DNA of 64,000 bases from Eledone cirrhosa (Eukaryota). The position numbers and the translations under genes are program-made. Location: contig OZ024741.1 in the NCBI GenBank assembly GCA_964016885.1, positions 355,818,001-355,882,000 of the forward strand. Reading direction: 5' to 3'. The notes under the pieces are model-generated. The model ran no database searches. It was not told the origin of the DNA and saw only the letters and a program-made list of their open reading frames with translations. Shown piece after piece: positions 59,286-64,000 of this stretch. How positions within the stretch are numbered: the first letter of the stretch is position 1; the number at the start of each line of letters is the position of its first letter.

Positions 59286-59452
59286 TACCTCATTTTACTA
59301 GTCTCAAGAACGCGTCTACACGACGTGAGAAAGAATCCCAAAAGGCGGAGGGGGAGATAGTCACGCGATATAACGGTCGAGAAACAGAGCTAAGCCTCTT
59401 ATAACCACGAAGAAAATACCACGGAGGCGGAGGGGGTATTCATATCGAGGCC

Positions 59453-60051
<599 letters not shown>

Positions 60052-60176
60052 ATAAAATGCTCGGACCTACTCGTTAGAATCTTAGAGCTTATTTTGCGGG
60101 TGATATGGCGCATGTCTTTTTGGCATGACACCTATAATTTTGATTTGGATTAAATTCATTTGATTTATCTTAATTT

Positions 60177-60290
<114 letters not shown>

Positions 60291-60668
60291 CTTTATATAT
60301 ATATATATTTATGTATATGCACACCTCGTGTATTTCTTTATTTTTAATTGTTTTTATCCCCCCCTCCTCTCATTTATTGTTGTCAACACGTACCCTTTGT
60401 TTTTAATTTTTATTTTTGACTTTATATTTTTTGTTCTTATTACTTCATGTATATGTATGTGTATGTATTTAGTCCATGCATGTAGATACATATACGCTTA
60501 TGTGATAATGTATACGTGGTTGATTGTGTGTATGTTTATATATTTATTGTTTTTATATATATATATGTATTCTTTTTCTTCTTCTTCGCCCGTTATTTCC
60601 TCAGCCTCACTTTCATATTTCTTATATCTTGTTTTCAAATCCATATTCAATAAAAACACCATGTTTTA

Positions 60669-60726
60669 TTCATTCTGACGACTGAAAACAGATATATCTG
60701 CTTTCAAGAAACCACTGGTAAATGAA
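60669..60726 (+). ncRNA. Type I hammerhead
   Basis: TTCATT-CTGACGA-CTGAAAACAGATATATCTGCTTTCAA-GAAA-CCACTGG-TA-AATGAA. Confidence 0.72.
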
Positions 60727-60829
60727 ATAATTATCTTATGTTGTTTATTACATAACTAATAAGCTCTGTAGCCTACATAGAGCACTCTTTTTTCCTATAC
60801 CTTTCCTGACCTCAATTCTGTTCGTCTTC

Positions 60830-61594
60830 TGTTCGTCTTCCATGTCTTCGCACCCCTCTTTGAACCTTTTGTGCCATTCGAAAACCCGTGAACGTAACAT
60901 CATCTCATCTCCGTACACTTGCTGCAGTATTTCGAGTGCTTCTAACGGAACTTTTCTCAGCCGGACCAGAAACTCCAGGGTTGTTCGTTGCTCTGTGCCC
61001 ATCGCTCGCGGACCTAAAATTGAGAAACTGTTAAAAAAAGCATGTGAAAAAACAAAATGGTTGCATTTGCAGAGAGCTGCGATCGCATTTATATACTCAC
61101 TGGATATTACGTTGAGCGCGTGAGGCTTGTGGTGTGTGGATATCATTGGCTCACTGTTTGACTGATCGCAAGTGAGCTGGGCATGAACCGCCACAACTTT
61201 TGGAAGATTACCACCGAAGATTTGGGCGTGTGGAAGATCTATGCGAAGATGGTGCCTAAGTTGCTGAACGATGACCAGAAGAAAGGGCTCATGCAGGTGT
61301 GTCAGGAGATCCTCGAGCATCTTGAAACCGAACGAGACATTCCTTTTCCTCAAGCCCAAGAGGGTTATCAAGGGGCCCCGTTTTCCGGATGTGGAAGCCA
61401 CTAAGAGCGTCGTGACGACGGGGCTGAGGAGAATCCCGGGAGAATAGTTCCAGGACTGCATGGAAGTGTGGAGGAGAAGGATGGGAAAGAGCGTTAGACT
61501 CGAAGGCGATTATTTCGAAGGGAAAAAAGTTTGTAGTTTGGATTTGAAATATTTTTTTGCCACACCAGTCCTATTTCTTTTCTGACACCCCTCA
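60830..61594. mobile_element. Rearranged mariner relic: N-terminal half on the minus strand, C-terminal half plus TIR on the plus strand
   Basis: MGTEQRTTLEFLVRL..FEWHKRFKEG on minus. KMVPKLLNDDQK..GDYFEG and TIR ttctgacacccctcaTA on plus. Homologous to 25705-26590. Confidence 0.85.
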
Positions 61595-61606
61595 TATATA
61601 TAGAGA

Positions 61607-61823
61607 GGGCAGTAGATTGGCAGTATCGGAAGAGGGTCGGACACCATGCTTAGCAGCATAGAGTTATGGCCCTTTATGATTTAAGTTCAAATCCCTCCGA
61701 GGTTAATTTTGCCTTTCATCCTTACGGGATCGATAAAATAAAGTACCAGTAATACACTGAAATCGGTTTAATCGACTTTCCCCTCCCCTTCAAATTACTG
61801 GCCTCGTGCCTAAAGTAGAAAAC
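61607..61823 (+). mobile_element. tRNA-derived SINE, resembling octopus SINEs
   Basis: A box TGGCAGTATCGG, B box GTTCAAATCC, central GCCTTTCATCCTTACGGGATCGATAAAATAAAGTACCAG core, and tail GGCCTCGTGCCTAAAGTAGAAA. Confidence 0.75.
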
Positions 61824-62376
61824 ATATACATATATAGAGAGGGAGAAAGAAATTGAGAAAGAGCAGCAGAGAAAATTAATAAAGTAACCTGTATAATGTT
61901 TAATATAGAAAGAGGAGAAAGGAGAGAAAGGAAGAGGAAGTTATGGTTGAGTTTCTGACTTATAATATAAAGAGTAAGAGAGAGAGGGGGGGGGGGTTAG
62001 AAAAAAGAGGGAAGGATGAAACTGAAACCAAATTATGAAACAAATAGAGATAGAGGCTTATATCAATGGTAGAAATAAATTCTATATTGAAAGATCATAT
62101 ACAATACAGGGAGAGTAAATATATTTTAAATATAGGAGATATTTAAATATTTAGATGTTTGTGGAAAAGAATGAAATTACTATGATCAAGTAATATTTAT
62201 ATAATTTATAGTTATACAAATTATAAAATTATAAGATTAGATAAATGTTTCAATTCATATAAAGTATATGTTAATGATGGCTGGGATAGGTTGAAGTGAT
62301 GTATGATACGAAAAATAAATATAAATATTAATATAATAGATTTACATAAACATAAACTAATAAAAGTATATACACC

Positions 62377-62416
<40 letters not shown>

Positions 62417-62417
62417 A

Positions 62418-62477
<60 letters not shown>

Positions 62478-62482
62478 GTGTG

Positions 62483-62534
<52 letters not shown>

Positions 62535-64000
62535 CAAGGAATATTCAACTGATAAGCTATGGCTAGTCAACATTTATAAAACACTTGATATACCTTTACT
62601 CCTTCATTACGTTTATTGGTTGGTGACGCGCGTTTCGCCACTGATCAGCTCAAGGTTCGATCTGTATCGATCTGACCCGACTCTGTAATCTGCGGCTCGT
62701 CAGACCCCTTGTAATGTTGATGGAAAAATGAATATACATGCCGTATGAGAAAGTCAGATGTTCCTATGGTGGTCAGTAAGGTTTGTTTTGATTGGTGGAT
62801 TAATTCATAGGGATGTTTTTGCCTGTAGTGTATGTGGGGGGGGGGGGGGGTGATAAGTTTGTCGTGCCGGTCGCAGGTTGAAGTGGGTGGTAAGTGTGGG
62901 GGTGCTGGTTGTAGGTACACAGTTTGGCATGTAGATGTGGCTGATTTTTGTGTGTGATGTGGGTGTGGTGTTGTTGTTTATGATAAGAATGAAGGTTGCG
63001 GTGTTTATGGTGGTGTGATGATTGTGGTCGTGGGTTGTTAAGGGGGCTCATATATACACAACACCTAGCCTGACAAATATATTATATACATACACATGTG
63101 TACGTATATAGCCAGTGGGGATGGCTGTTGCACAAACATACTTACACACAGACACACACATGCGTTGTTTATGGAGGGATGATAGGCGTGGTGTGTTTTG
63201 GTGGTGTTGATGGTTGTGGAGGTATGGCGATGTGCTTGGTGGTGGTGGTGGGGGTGACGGGTGCGATATGGTATTTGCAGGATCGAATGTTACGATGGAT
63301 TACAGGTTAAAAAGTGACAGAGGAAACACGGAAAAAACACAGGTACATGATCGGATGTTACGATGTGTTACAAGTTAAAATCTGACAGAGAAGACACAGA
63401 GAACACAATGGTACTGAGATGAGGGATGTATGGCGATGTGTTTGGTGGTGGTAGTGGTGGTGGAAGTGATGAGTGCGACATGATATTTACAAGATCTGAT
63501 CTTACAATGGGTTACATGTTAGAGAAGACAAAGGTACTGAGATGAGGGACGGTGTGACAAAGCAAAGGTGGTTATCCCTATGTTTAGTCAGGGTTAGTGG
63601 CTGGCCCTCGGCCGAATGTTTGTGCGGAGAGGGTGGTCATCCTGGTGTGTCTGCAGTTTATTATAATGTCAGATCTTGAGTTTATGGCCGATTTCAATTT
63701 AATGATCTCAGCCGCCTCGACCAGGCATAAGCTGCAGTGGTTTCTGTCGTCGGGGAGAAGGGCCACGCGTCTTTTAACTGACCATTGATCTGGTATTCCA
63801 AGTTCTTGTCTTTGAGGTCCCAGATCAAGTCCGCCAGTCTTGTTTGGGATCGTTTGGGCCTGTGTTTGAAGCAGCTTTTGTGGTTATACCAGCGCTCCTT
63901 AACGTAGTCGAGGTCGCCCCTATGTAGGAGTACTCTTTTCGGCCAGCTGTGACATCGCACCGGTAAATAATGTTTTTAACGAGGCGCTCCTCGTTCAATG
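62535..64000 (-). mobile_element. Penelope-like element 4: GIY-YIG end plus 3' region and pLTR; continues beyond the window
   Basis: KNIIYRC..YIG..KERWYNH..F..LADLIWDLK..CSLCLVE..INSRSD..CRH. Imperfect ~70-bp repeats at 63280-63550. (TA)n flank. Confidence 0.85.
62622..62707 (-). ncRNA. Type I hammerhead with a long stem-II insert, in the Penelope 4 pLTR
   Basis: GGT-CTGACGA-GCCGC..(~50 nt)..GTGGC-GAAA-CGCGCG-TC-ACC, followed by AATAAA. Confidence 0.75.

Overview
Gene-free eukaryotic (animal) DNA made almost entirely of retroelements nested in microsatellites. A tRNA-type SINE at ~61.6 kb and the (TA)n/(GATA)n richness suggest an octopus-like cephalopod, but that is inference. The window is partitioned by microsatellite type. 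(i) 1-24.4 kb is a (TTA/TAA)n tract in which plus-strand Tx1/L1-clade LINEs (APE-RT) alternate with minus-strand R4/Dong-type RLE LINEs; one Dong copy has an intact 1130-aa ORF. (ii) 24.4-46.2 kb and 58.6-64 kb are (TA)n tracts holding RTE-like fragments, mariner relics, a truncated CsRn1-like Gypsy, four Penelope-like elements, several ORF-less hammerhead-ribozyme repeats and many fold-back palindromes. (iii) 46.3-58.6 kb is a head-to-tail array of Tx1 elements and 3' fragments sitting only in (GATA)n. The strongest leads are the apparent (TATC)n- and (TTA)n-specific Tx1 families, a 431-bp tandem retrozyme-like hammerhead repeat, and hammerhead variants with U3-A8 cores or long stem-II inserts. 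Also notable are a conserved GTRAGT splice-donor motif just before Tx1 ORF2 and conserved 3'UTR hairpins. All boundaries were read by eye.
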